A DNA stretch of 58,261 nt from contig NC_068981.1 of assembly GCF_001194135.2 (NCBI RefSeq), positions 4,264,226 to 4,322,486 on the forward strand. The letters run 5' to 3'. Position numbers and translations under genes: made by a program. Source of the DNA: Octopus bimaculoides (taxonomy: Eukaryota). Under the pieces are notes generated by a model. The model ran no database searches. It saw nothing but the letters and a program-made list of their open reading frames with translations, and was not told where the DNA came from. Positions 15,301 through 28,774 of the stretch are shown piece by piece. Every line of letters starts with the position of its first letter. Position 1 is the stretch's first letter.

Positions 15301-18300
15301 TTGAAATTAGAATATCAAAGAACATCCTCCAACATTTTCACCAATTGTCGTCCATCCGTCTTTTCTTTCTGGTATTTGTGCTATAAAACTATAGTTAATT
15401 CCTTGTAATGTTAAATTGCATCCTTTTAATTAAGTTTGATTATAATCCTATTTTGATATTTCCATATTTTGCAGCAATCATGCAGCCCTCCACCACTTGT
15501 GTACCCCCCTGTTAAAGAATTAAACCTTAAATCTGGAATTTCTGGGGAAAGTGGACTTGTAAGCTGTATCTTACCTGAAGATATTCTTGTTGAAATTTTA
15601 GCTGAGCGTCTACAGGTAAATTATTTATGTTTTATATCCTGTCTAAATTTTTTCCATTGTTATTATTAATAATAAAAATAATAATTCTTTCTACTAAAGG
15701 AAACAAGGCCTGAAGTTTTGGGGGAGGGGACTAGTCAATTACATCGACCCCAGTGTTTCACTGGTACTTAATTTATCGATTGTGAAAGGATGAAAGGCAA
15801 AGTCGACTTTGAACTCAGAACGTAAAGACAGACAAAATGCTGTTAAGTATTTTGCCCGGTGTGCTAACGACTCTACCAGCTCGCTTGCCTTAACAATGAT
15901 AATGATAATAATGGTTTTAAATTTTGGCACAAGGCCAGCAATTTCAGGGAAGGAGTTAAGTCGATTACATCAACCCCCAGCGCTCAACTGGTACTTATTT
16001 CACTGACCCTGAAAGGGTGAAAGGCAAAGTTGACTTCAGCAGAATTTGAACTTAGAACATGAAGATGAATGAAATGCTTAATGTAATAATAATAATAGTA
16101 ATAATAATAATAATAATGACGGTTTCAAATTTTGCCACAAGGGCAGCTTTTTTGGGGCAGGGGATGAGTCAATTACATCGAGCCCAGTGTTCAACTGGTA
16201 CTTAATTTATCGACCCTGAAAGGATGAAAGGCAAAGTTGACCTCAGCGGAATTTGAACTCAGAATGTAAGGACGGGTGAAATAGTGCGAAGTGTTTTGTC
16301 CAGCATGCTAATGAGTCTGTTAGTTCACTGCCTTATATTATAATGATAATAATAATAATATTAGCTGATTGATTGGTTGATTTCTCCATTCATGCATTAC
16401 ATTGTTTTGAGAGCGGTGGGGGGTAAAAGAGAGAAGCAAAGAGATTTATTGTGAGACGTTCAGGATGGGTGCACACACTAAGATTGAGGGCACAGAATGA
16501 CTAAAGAATGCTATACACACACACACAAACACTCACACACACACACACAGAAAGAACCATGGAGAACGAGGAGGAGGAAAGTGTGTATGTGTATAGATAG
16601 ATACACAGAGTGAGAGAGAAAAAGATAGGCAGTGTGTGTGTGTGTGTGTGTGTGTGAACTTGCATAATATTGAATGAATTGTAGTCGTAGCCGATGCCAG
16701 TGCTCTTTGACTGGCACCTGTGCTGGTAGCATGTAAAAAAACACCATTTGAGCATTGGGCCTCATGGAGGCAGTGTCAGGTGACCGAGACCCTTGGTAAT
16801 ATATCATGCTTGTGTAGACCTGTCATGCCAAGTGAGATTGTAGTCAGGGCCAATGCCGGTATCAGGTCAACGACACCTGTGCCGGTGGCATGTAAAAAAA
16901 CACCCACTACACTTTCGGAGTGGTTGGCGTTAGGAAGGGCATCCAGCTGTAGAAACCTTGCTAAATCAGATTGGAACTTGGCACTGCTCCCCTGGCTTAC
17001 CAGTTTTCAGTCAAATCGTCCAACCCATGCCAGCAAGGAAAGTGGACGTTAAAAGATCATGATGATGACAGAGTAATTTTGTTTGCCATTGTTTCACAAC
17101 TTTTTGAATATAATTCTAATTCCTGTTATTTTGAGGTAATGCATTTGTAAAAGACCGTGCGAAGAAGAGGTGACGAGGAATGGCTCCTTCAGTACATCAC
17201 ACGGTCGGTACAATAAAATATGAAAAAGGATAAATGAGTATAAGTGCCAGAAGGAAAAGAGAGACACAACCGGGGTAGAAGGTTTAAGAGAAGATTTTAT
17301 TGATAGGTTGACATGTGTGTCTGTGTGTGTGTCATATGTACATAATAATAGACAGGCTGTCATGAGAACAAGGTGTGTGTGTACAAACATGGATGTATGC
17401 ATGTGCGATAAGTACAGAGCATCGAAAGAGTCTATATGACGTTAGAAGATTGTTGAGACACAAGGATGATAAATACCAGTTCATAGTCAATGTACATGAT
17501 AGTTGAAATGCTGTATCAAGAAGTTGTGGCTGTAATGCAGAGCTGGTCAAGGTATATGTCGTACGTGAAGCCATGGCTACGATGCAGAGCCAGCCTCTTG
17601 TTACAGAAGGTTGTCACAGGTTGTATTTGCTGTTTACCATGGTGAAGTAATTCACAAACAGTGTGGAGATAGAACCTGTGTGAGTGTTGCTGGTTGCTGT
17701 GTATGTAGAGAGATGATGTCGATGTTAGGATGAAGGTTACGTGGACGAAGTGTTGATGAGTCTCCATGTGGCTGCTGTTGTGTCGTCGCTGGAACTGGCT
17801 GTGTGCTCAGTGGTCAGTGGCTAGACCTCAAAAGGTCTGGAACTAAAAGACATCGATTCGATGTGTTGCTGAAATTTTATAGCATGCTGTCGGCTCACCG
17901 GAAGTTTAGAAGAGACTGTCTCATGTGACCTTATCTGAAGGCTGCGATTGGTTGGGTTGCATCTTGGCACGCAATAGAGCAAGAGACAAATTGCGCCAAT
18001 ACCAACCAATCAGAGTGGTGGACACAACAGTGTCCAAAGGGGTGGCCAAAGGCTAGCTATTATCTACTATGTCCGTATTTATGTATATATAACAGAGAGA
18101 GAGGAATTTTCCTTCAAGCATACGCTACATATTATGACATGGAAAATGTGAGCATGAAAAGTCATATTCTTAAGATTATAAACCTTGAAAAGTACAGGAC
18201 AAGTTACTACATCTGTAAAAGTATAGGACAAGCTATTACTTCAAGTAAAGTAAAGATTAAGAAACTTTTTACTTAAAATATTTTGGCAAAGAATGCCAGT

Positions 18301-18919
18301 TCTTCTAATTCGTCACTCTTTACAGGTCTCATCGTTTAAATTTATTGTACAAAACTGTTCAGATAATTTGTAAGTTTGTCTAATTAGTCATTTTTTTCTG
18401 TATTTAAGGTAGTAAATTAGCCAAATTCTACTTAAATAAGTATAGTGTTATTTGTAAATTATAATAAAATATTTTCAAATTTTAATTTTAGCTGCAATAT
18501 TTTAAGTAAAAAGTTTCTTATTCTTTACTTTACTTGAAGTAATAGCTTGTCCTATACTTTTACAGTGTAATAACTTGTCCCAGTTTATAATCTTAATATT
18601 ACTTTTCATGCTCGCATTTTCCCATGTAATCTATTATTTTTCTAAGCATTGGTATAATGTGTCAGTTTGCCAGCCAAAGCACCTGACATTAGCTCCCACA
18701 TTAGCGGAAGACATATTATTGGTCGAAAGTTGGATGCAACATTTTCCTTTTCCGGATACGTGGCACATAACAATGTCTTTCCGATTGTCGTCCAGCTAGG
18801 TACTAAGCCTTCCTGCAAGCACTCATCTAGCTGTTTCACTATCCTTTCATGGAGCCCCCTCAGTTTCTTCAGCCAATAACCTTGGACCCCATCTGGTCCT
18901 GGACTCTTACTATTTATTA

Positions 18920-18974
<55 letters not shown>

Positions 18975-18999
18975 NNNNNNNNNNTCTTATTATTTATTA

Positions 19000-19041
<42 letters not shown>

Positions 19042-20024
19042 TAGTTTTATTTTTATAACGTGCTTTCACTTCATGACCGAGCGCAGCTCTGTGCGCCTTG
19101 GATATGCACTGTAGTTTGCTGTGATGCTCTTATGGTTACTGTATTGAAAGTGTTTTGCGTAGGATGTGTGCAGTGCCCTGTAGTGCAATTTTCTCTATGT
19201 TATATATATTTGTAAGTCCTGGTGTTTTTGTTATGTATTTGTCTGAATATTTTTTTATTATACCTAAGGCACCTACTATGATAGGAATTGTTTCTGTTTT
19301 TAGATTCCACATTCGAGTTACCTCTATTTCCAGGTCTTTGTATTTTGAAAGTTTCTCCATTTCTTTTAGAGAAACATTGTCATCTGTTGATATTGATACA
19401 TCAATTAGAAAGCATTATTNNNNNNNNNNNNNNNNNNNNNNNNNNNNNNNNNNNNNNNNNNNNNNNNNNNNNNNNNNNNNNNNNNNNNNNNNNNNNNNNN
19501 NNNNNNNNNNNNNNNNNNNNNNNNNNNNNNNNNNNNNNNNNNNNNNNNNNNNNNNNNNNNNNNNNNNNNNNNNNNNNNNNNNNNNNNNNNNNNNNNNNNN
19601 NNNNNNNNNNNNNNNNNNNNNNNNNNNNNNNNNNNNNNNNNNNNNNNNNNNNNNNNNNNNNNNNNNNNNNNNNNNNNNNNNNNNNNNNNNNNNNNNNNNN
19701 NNNNNNNNNNNNNNNNNNNNNNNNNNNNNNNNNNNNNNNNNNNNNNNNNNNNNNNNNNNNATTTCCAGAGGTGTATTATCCAAACCCCCAAGAATTCCTC
19801 TCAACACATGGCTATGATGCTCCCCCACTACTTCTACTCATGATCAGAGATGCACATATCGTCAGCCACCAAGGGACATGCTCAACTGGTTGAAGTCAAA
19901 CAACTGAGAAGCAAATCTGTGGTATTGAGCAGAATATTTGCTGTAGCCCATCTTTTATACCAAGACAAAACAATGTACATGATAACACTTCCAATCAATT
20001 AAGGTCAGAAGCCATGAGAGCCCC

Positions 20025-20082
<58 letters not shown>

Positions 20083-23000
20083 TGTCGTCATTATTATTAT
20101 TCTGTGAGTGTGAAAGTGAATGTGTGGATGTAAGGTGGTGGATGTAAAGAAAGCAGAGAAACTAAAAGCCCTTTAATATTTGTTCTCTAATTGCAATTTC
20201 TTTCAGATGCCTGACTGCCACAAAGGTGTTGTCATTGATGGTATCGAAAGTATGTTCAGTCCCAGCTTCCTGTCGCTTGAACAGGTCATCCTTAGAGCCT
20301 TTAATAACAGACGGTACATTTTTCATATCAGCCTCAGACTGGATTTCGGTACTTACCAAAACAGGAAAAAAGAATTAAAAGCACGAGAAGGTCAGTATAT
20401 TGTTTGAGAGTTCTTCAGGCATAGCTGTGATGTTTAAGAAGTTTGCTTTGCACCCATGTGGTTCTAGGTTGAGTTCCACCATGTGGCATCTTGGGCAAGT
20501 GTCTTCTACTACAGACTTGAGTCAACAAATGCTTGAAGAGTGAATTGGGTAGATAGAAACTGTATGAAACCTGTTGTATGTGTGTATATATCATCATCAA
20601 CATCATCAGCATTTAATGTCCGTTCCCCATGCTGGCCTGGGTTGGACACTGTTACCAGAACTGGCAAGCCTGGGGGGGGGGGGCTGCATCAGACTGGTCT
20701 GATTTGGTATGGTTTCTACAGCTCGATGCCCTTTCTAACGCCAACCACTTTACAGAATGTGCTGAATGCTTTTATGTGGCACCGCATGGGCGTTTTTATG
20801 TGGCACTGCCCTGGGTGCTTTACACAACCAGAAGTATTGGTCTTAACACTTCTGCTGTGGGGTATGGGTCTTCTTGAGTATGGCCAGATGCCCGGTATCT
20901 CAGTCCTTTGTCATCACATCTGAAAGGTTCAGCTTCCCAAGGTTGTTCTTAAGTACTTCATTCCATGTCTTCTTGGGTCTCCCACTTCCATCCACTTTGA
21001 GAGATTGGCACTTCTTTATGGAGCTGTCAGCATCCATCCACATCACATGATCAAACCAGCACAGTCTCTTCTCTTGCGTACAACAACAAATTCTTCTTAT
21101 GCCTAACTTCTCTCTCAGAAAACTGGCACTCTGTCAAACATGTACACTTACATTAGACATTCACTGGAGCATACTAGTCTCATTCCTTTTTAACCTTTGC
21201 ATGTCCTCTGCATGTAGGGCCCATGTCTCCCTACCAAGTAGAATTGCTTTCCATATACATGTGTCATACAATCTTTCTTTCACTCAGAGAGAGAAACCTT
21301 TCGTAGCCAACAGAGATAAAAGCTCTCTGAATTATTCTTATTCTAGGCTGTCACACTCCCCATGCATCCTCCCCAACAACTAATTTGGTCCCCTAGGTAG
21401 CAGAAATTATCTACTACCTCTAATGAGTCACCAAAACTTTTGAGAGAATCAGTTTCCTGAGTCTCTAAAGTTTCTGTGGATCCTGTGCATCTTCCACATA
21501 TGAAAACTATCTTCTCTGATAACCTTCCAATTAACCCACTACACATCCTGTGTCCATAGCTTACACTGGGTATACTATATGGAGCTCCTGCCTACACCTT
21601 TCCTATAAATTGAACAGGTCCACCTACCTGAGTGGAGTAGGGTCCTATCAGTTTTCTTGCTTACTCGGACCTTAGTCTTTGCTAAGTTAACCTTAAGGCC
21701 CTTAGATTCTAGGCTTTTTTTTTTCCCACACCTAAAATTTTTCTTCTAGCTCTGATATGGAATCTGCTATGAGGGCTAGTTCATCAGCTAATTACAATTA
21801 GCTCACTGTCTCCATGAAATTGACCTTTAGAGAACTTGAGTCAAGTTTGTATTTGTAGTAAAGATTGTTTGCCAACATAGCATGGCAGTCCTAGTTTAGG
21901 ACTAATGTTGCTGTAATTTAGCCCCAGGAGACATTGTCTCCAGCTGGCTATACGACACGATCTGTGTCCTAAACCAGGACTGCCATGTTATGTTGGCAAA
22001 CAAACTTTACTACAAAGTACTGTTGCTGAATAATATCTCTCCTTGTGAAATTTAAAAATAGTGATTTTCTAAGTTTGTATTTGTTTATGGAAAACTGTTT
22101 GATATTTAATGATTAATATATTCTTTAGAAAAGCAGAAGATTCTAGAAGATGAACTGGAGAGGAAATGGATTGAAGAAATGTCCGAGGGAGAGTATGATG
22201 CAATGTCCGAGGAACAAAGGGCCCGAGTAGAAGACCGATTAATGGTAATAAAGAAAAATAGGATGAGAAGGTAAGTTGTTTGCAGTGGAAAGACTTAATG
22301 CTTTACCTATCTATGTCATTAGCCACTATCTCCTGCCTCCCATCATATATGACAACTAACTGACTGGCACCCTGTAGGTTACAACAACGAGGGTTCCAGT
22401 TGATCCAGTCAACGGAACAGCCTGCTTGTAAAACTAATGTGCAAGTGGCTGAGTATTCCACACAGACTCATACCCTTAATGTAGTTCTTTGGGAGATTCA
22501 GCGTGACATAGGTGCAACAAGGCTGACCCTTTGAATTACAGGTACAACTCAGAGTTGGCAGCTGAGTGAAATAAAGTATCTTGCTCAAAAACACAATGCA
22601 TTGGCCTTATAGTCATGAGCTTAACATCCTAACCACTAAGCCATGCACCTTCACATATGATAACTAGTACATCCCTGAGCCTATGGCTTGTCCCAACACC
22701 TTTCAGCTTCCATAGCTTCCTTTGGTAGATTGTCTTGTGTTTCAGAATCTCTCCCCTGTGCCGTGGTAAGTTGTCTGCTCTGTCACTTGTTATTACAGGT
22801 ATCGAATCTTTTACCTGGCAACTTTGGGATCGGAGGTGGTCCAGATTTCTGGATTTCTGGATTTTCTGGATTTCTGGACACAGGCTAAATATATACCAAA
22901 AATATAAAATAACCGACAAAAAGTAAAGAACAGAATTGTCTGTTTTGGCATGGCTTCTACAGCTCAATTCCCTGCCAATGCTAAACACTTTGTTGAGTGC

Positions 23001-24489
23001 ATTGAGTACTTTTTTTTCTCATTTCACCAACACTAGTGGGGTTAGCAAGTGCCTTGCAAGATAGGAGAGTACTCCTTGACTAAGTGGGATTGTAGTAAGG
23101 AAGGAAGTGGCTAAATGTCAGGTATTGAGAGGCTGAAGTATGACAGAGGGATGAGCAGAGGTGTCTGGCTATAGAGGAGGTACGTGTATAAGGGTAGTTG
23201 GGGAGAATCAAAGGAGAGGAGAGATAATTACTGATGGTTAATGTACAAGGATGGAGGTGTGGTCAGTCGTGAATATTAGTATGGGAGAAGCGAAAGGAAT
23301 AAGAGTGACGGAGGAAGGAGGAGCTAAGGAAGGAGGGGAGAAAGAATAGGTGTGGCTCAGGAAGGTTGAAAGGAAAGGAAGGAGGTAGGAGGAGCTAAGG
23401 AAGGAGGGGAGAAAGAATAGGAGTGGCTCAGGAAGGTTGAAAAGAAAGGAAGTAGGAGAGGCTGAGGAAGGTGGGAGGTAAAAGAGGTAGGAGGAGCTAA
23501 GAAAGGAGGCGGAGAAAGAATAGGAGTGGCTCAGGAAGGTTGAAAGGAAAGGAAGGAGGTAGGAGGAGCTAAGGAAGGAGGGGAGAAAGAATAGGAATGG
23601 CTCAGGAAGGTTGAAAGGAAAGGAAGGAGTTAGGAGGAGCTAAGGAAGGAGGGGAGAAAGAATAGGAGTGGCTCAGGAAGCTTGGAGGTGATAAGTGGTA
23701 GTAAGAGGAAGGAGTATAATAATAGTGTTGGTAAATCAGAAAATGTGGAGATAATGTGCAGTGTGGTCAAGAGAGAGAGAGAGAAAGAATTGTACAATGA
23801 GAGAGATGGCTGTCAGAGGCATTTGAGTGGAGGACAAAGGGGGCGGGGGAGACTGAACAACAGACATGAGAAGGTGATAAGAATGATCAGAAACTAAAAG
23901 AGTGTGTCAAAGATGAGGTAGAGCTGTCCTAAGATGTAACTCATAGAATTGTGATGAAGATTAACTTGAAACATTGGAGGAGGCAAAAATATAGATGGAC
24001 ATGTTATTGACATCTAAGGTTACTGAATACAACTGAAGTAGTTTGAAATGATTATCTGCATTAATTTGTTCTTTTTAGGGAAATTAAAGAGAAAGAAGAA
24101 AGAGAACGTAAAGAACGAGAAATGCAGGAGGCGGAAAACCGGCGCCTAATGGAAATGTAATTTTGGTTTCTCTGATTATTTTATGTAGAACAGTATTTCA
24201 TAGGCACCATCTTCTGCCATTTTACACTCATGCTTTGTTTATTTCACCTGTATATACCCTGTATATACCCTCTATACACTCGGTGAATGGAAGTAGGTTA
24301 AGGGTGTGTAGTTAATAATTTCACTTCCTGCAGTGGGATTGAACCTGGACCCACACAGGACTTTCACTTCTTACATGGTTTCGGATTCAGCCCTACTGCA
24401 CAGCACCTTGGGCAAGTGAGTTCCATGATAGCCCTGAGTCGGTCACCACTTTGTGAGTGAATTTGTTAAAAAGAAACTGAAAGAAGACA

Positions 24490-24564
<75 letters not shown>

Positions 24565-27500
24565 ATATATTAAAAATGGGGAAGGCTGGTTTATGGGATT
24601 ACCTTAGGTTTCCCATCCATAAAGGGTTGGACTTCAACTGATGATGTTTATTGACATTTCCTCTCCATAAATCCTCCAGTAGCTTTGCCCTATTAAATTC
24701 CTTTGTAATAAGAAACCCCTTACTTGAAAAACAGATGAGGATTGGCATTAGGAAGTGTGTCTAACTGTAAAAATCTAACTTTGATTGTTCTCCCATCTAA
24801 GTCATGCTAACATGGGAAAAGAGCTTTTAAAATGATGAAACTGTGTTAAATAAGTCTTCTAGAAGTCCATTTACAGTTGGGTTGGCAGTTGCTCAGATGA
24901 AGGAAGTTACAGGGTTGGGAACTTTGGGTTGAAGAAGAAATATCATGATTGCTATGATTTATACTGGGTTCACCATGTGATCACATGATCAACCAAACTT
25001 ATCAGATGTTGTTGTTATACATCGCTGGTCACAATACGCTTTGCAGAGTTTTAGCTTTCGAATGATGCCACCCTGCTGACCAGGCAAGCAGGCCAACATT
25101 TCCCCTGATCAGAAGACTATTCTGTCACAGGGTGACCCATTGGCAACTGAGTGGACTGGAGCAACATGAAATGAAGGGTTTTGCTCAAGAACACAATGTA
25201 CAACCAGTCTGGGAATCGAACCCATGATCTCATGGTCATGAGTGCAACACACCTAACCAACCTAACCACTATGTATTGTATATATATATATATATATAAT
25301 GGAAGTTATTGAATAAGATGCTTCTATAAACTTTCTGTGGTATTTATGGCTCAGTGGTAACGTCCATATGAGTTTTATCTTCAGTGTTTATAACCTTGAA
25401 GAGGCAGCATCATTGGATTTTGGGGTTGATATTTAAGTTATGGCTCTTCAGTTTCTGAGTTCAAATCCCACCAAGGTCATCTTTACTTTTCATAATTTTG
25501 GTGGTGGTGGTGGTGGTGGGGAGGCAATAAAATAATTTACCAATTAAGTACTTGGATTGATGTCATCGATTAATTGCTCTCTCCCCACCCCCCGAAAAAA
25601 ATTAATGGCTTGGGGCTTTATACTGTGATATCATTCGTTTATTTAATTTTCAGCAAATCAAAGAAAAAAGGGAAACGTCCTGCACCACCATCGAATGAAA
25701 AAGACAAAGACAAGAAGGCTGGCGCTCCTGGTAAAGGAGCGACCCTTGGTGAAAAGGGTGGGACCAAAGGATTTGGCCATAAATATGAAGGTGATAGTAA
25801 AGGTGGCCTCACAGAACGTCCTGACTCCCAGGCCACCGATCGGAATGACATGCCAGACGAGTAAGTATTGTCAGTGGGGGAGTAAATGTTATCAGGTGAA
25901 TGTAGGAGGTGGGCATGGGTGGGTGGGCAGAAGTGGACACAGTGCAGCAGAAGAGGAAAAGTCAGTTGTACATTCAGATTTTGATATGGTATCAACTAGA
26001 TTCTCATTCCACTATCTGAATTGATTGTCTATAATTAATTAATTATGATTCTGATTAAAAAACATTCAAATAACTTGAAACAATTCAACATCTCTCAGTC
26101 TGTCTTTTGATTACAGAATATGTTTGATATTGTTGTTTAGCATTTTGAAAATTTATTTTATTTTCTAGACGCCGAAAGAAGTCTGTTAGAAAAACCGGTG
26201 GAGACGCATCATCTAATAAAGGGAAAGAAGAGATTCCAGAAGATCCATATAAAGAACTGACCAAAGAAGAATTACTTGAAATGCAGAAGTATGTTCTTAG
26301 AATTTCAATATGAGTCATTTTCTCAGCGTTTCTATTTCTGAACATCACAACTGTTTTCTCTTCTTTCTTTTTCTCAATGCTACATGGTGTTACATGTGAA
26401 TTTTAAGAAACAGCGCTTATCTTAATCACCATCATCATCATCATCATCAATGTTTAATGTTTACTTTTCCATACTTGCATGGGCCACACGGAATTGGTTG
26501 AGGCAGGTTTTCTATGACTGGATGCCTTTCCTGTAGCCAAACCTTACCTGTTTTCACACAAGGTAATATTTCTCTGTCAGCAGACTTGTTTTTCATACAA
26601 CACTGGAAATGAGCAGCATCACTTGTGTGATGCTGCTGCTTGTTTGCAACCATCACACGAGGTCAAGACAAGGGTCCCCCCCCCTCACATACACACACGG
26701 GCTTCTTTCAGTTTCCATCAACCAAATCCATTCAGAAGGTTTTTGTCAGCCTAGGACTTTAGTACAAGGTTGACTTGGTCTTGGTTTCTGTTCTGAGATG
26801 TGCAAGATTGTAAAGGGATTCATCAGTTCTCCTGTGAAGGGAGACATCTACAAGAGATTCCTTGAAGGCAAACCAAAACAGCAATGACAAAGAAGATACT
26901 GAAAAGGGTCGTTGCCAGAACAATTCCGTTTAACTCCACTTCTGATCTCAAAGCTGTCTGATGTGAAACCATCAAACTGGACTGTGTCTTTGTTCATGGC
27001 ACTTTTCTTGGAGCTGTTGAAGAAGAAATATCATAACCATTGTTCCATTGTTGAGCGTCGTGATCTGAAGCTGCACTGACTTTCTGGAAGAACTCCTTCT
27101 GCTAACCTCTGCAAGTGCTTCAACAGTATTCGGGCAAATGCTTTCCCTCTAATACATAGCAGTAACATGCCTCTGTAGTTGTTGCAGTTTTCCTTCTCTC
27201 TCTTGTTCTTATACAGGGTCACTATGGTGGCATTTCTTATGTCTTGTGAGACCTTTCCATGCTTCTAACAGAGAATCAAGAACTTCATCATCATCATCAT
27301 CCACTTTCCATGCTAGCATGGGTTGGATGATTTGACTGAAGACTGGCAAACCAGAAGGCTGCACTAGGCTCTAATCTGGTCTGGCAGAGTTTCTACAGCT
27401 GGATGCCCTTCCTAACGCCAACCACTCCGAGAGTGTAGTGGGTTCTTTTACGTGCACCGGCACGAGGGTCAGTCAGGCAGTACTGGCAACAGCCACGCTC

Positions 27501-28560
27501 AAGTGGTGTTTTTTACGTGGCACTGGCAATGACCTTGCTCAAATGTTTTTTCACGTGCCACCGGCACAAGCGCCAGTAAGGCAACACTGGTAATGATCAC
27601 ACTCAAATGGTGCTATTTACGCGCCACCAGCACAGAAGCCAGTCAGCTGCTTTGGAAATGATCATGCTCAATTGGTGCTGTTAGCGCTCCACTGGCACGG
27701 GTGCCAGTCATCGAATTTGCGAATTTGATTTGATTTCGATTTAACTTGCCTCCACAGGTCTTCGCAAGCAGAACCCTAACCCTAACCCTAACTTGTATAT
27801 ATGAAGTAGGATGGTGTCCTTGTTCTCTTTCAGTATTTCTGCTGGTAGATTGTCATTGCCAGGAGACTTTCCACTTGTGAGCTCATCAATGGCTTTTGCC
27901 AGTTCCTCCTGGGTGGAGTCTTTGTCAAGTTCTGCCATCCCTGGAAGTTGGGCCATTACTTCTTGTAGGCTTTCATCTACTGATCAGTCTTGCGAGCAGA
28001 GGCCTGAATAAATGATCAACCCATCCCTCCATCTGCTGGTATTTATCTGTGATCTGCTCTCATGATACGGATTTTAGCTGTGCTAATTTATTGATCTGTG
28101 GTCCAAGAGCAATTTGTATCTTCTCAGCCAGTGACCCCTGACTGACCAATACCAGTGCCCCTTGACTGGCTCTCACACCCTCTGAACTTGGTTGATGCCA
28201 GGTCTGCCTGACTGGCTTCCGTGCCAGTGGCATGTAAAAAGCTCCATCCAAATGTGGCCGATGGCAGTACCCTCTGACTAACCCCTGTGCCGGTGACACA
28301 TAAAAAACACTATCCGAACGTGATTGATGCCAGGCCCACCTGACTGGCTCCTGTGCCAGTGACATGTAAAAAGCACCCATTACACTCTCGGAGTGGTTGG
28401 CATTACGAAAGGCATCCAGCTGTAGAAACATTGCCAGATCAGATTGGAGCCTAGTGCAACCATTGGCTCTCCAGACCTCAGTCAAAATGACCAACCCATG
28501 CCAGCATGGAAAGCAGACGTTAAACGATGATGATGATGATGACGATAATATATATATATA

Positions 28561-28606
<46 letters not shown>

Positions 28607-28743
28607 TACATACAAGCCTCACAAGGCTTTGGTTGGTCTGGGGCTATAGTAGAAGACATTTGACCAAGGTGCCACACATTGGGACTGAACCCAGAACTGC
28701 ATGATTGGTAACAAACATCTTGTCACACACCCATGCTTGTGCC

Positions 28744-28774
<31 letters not shown>

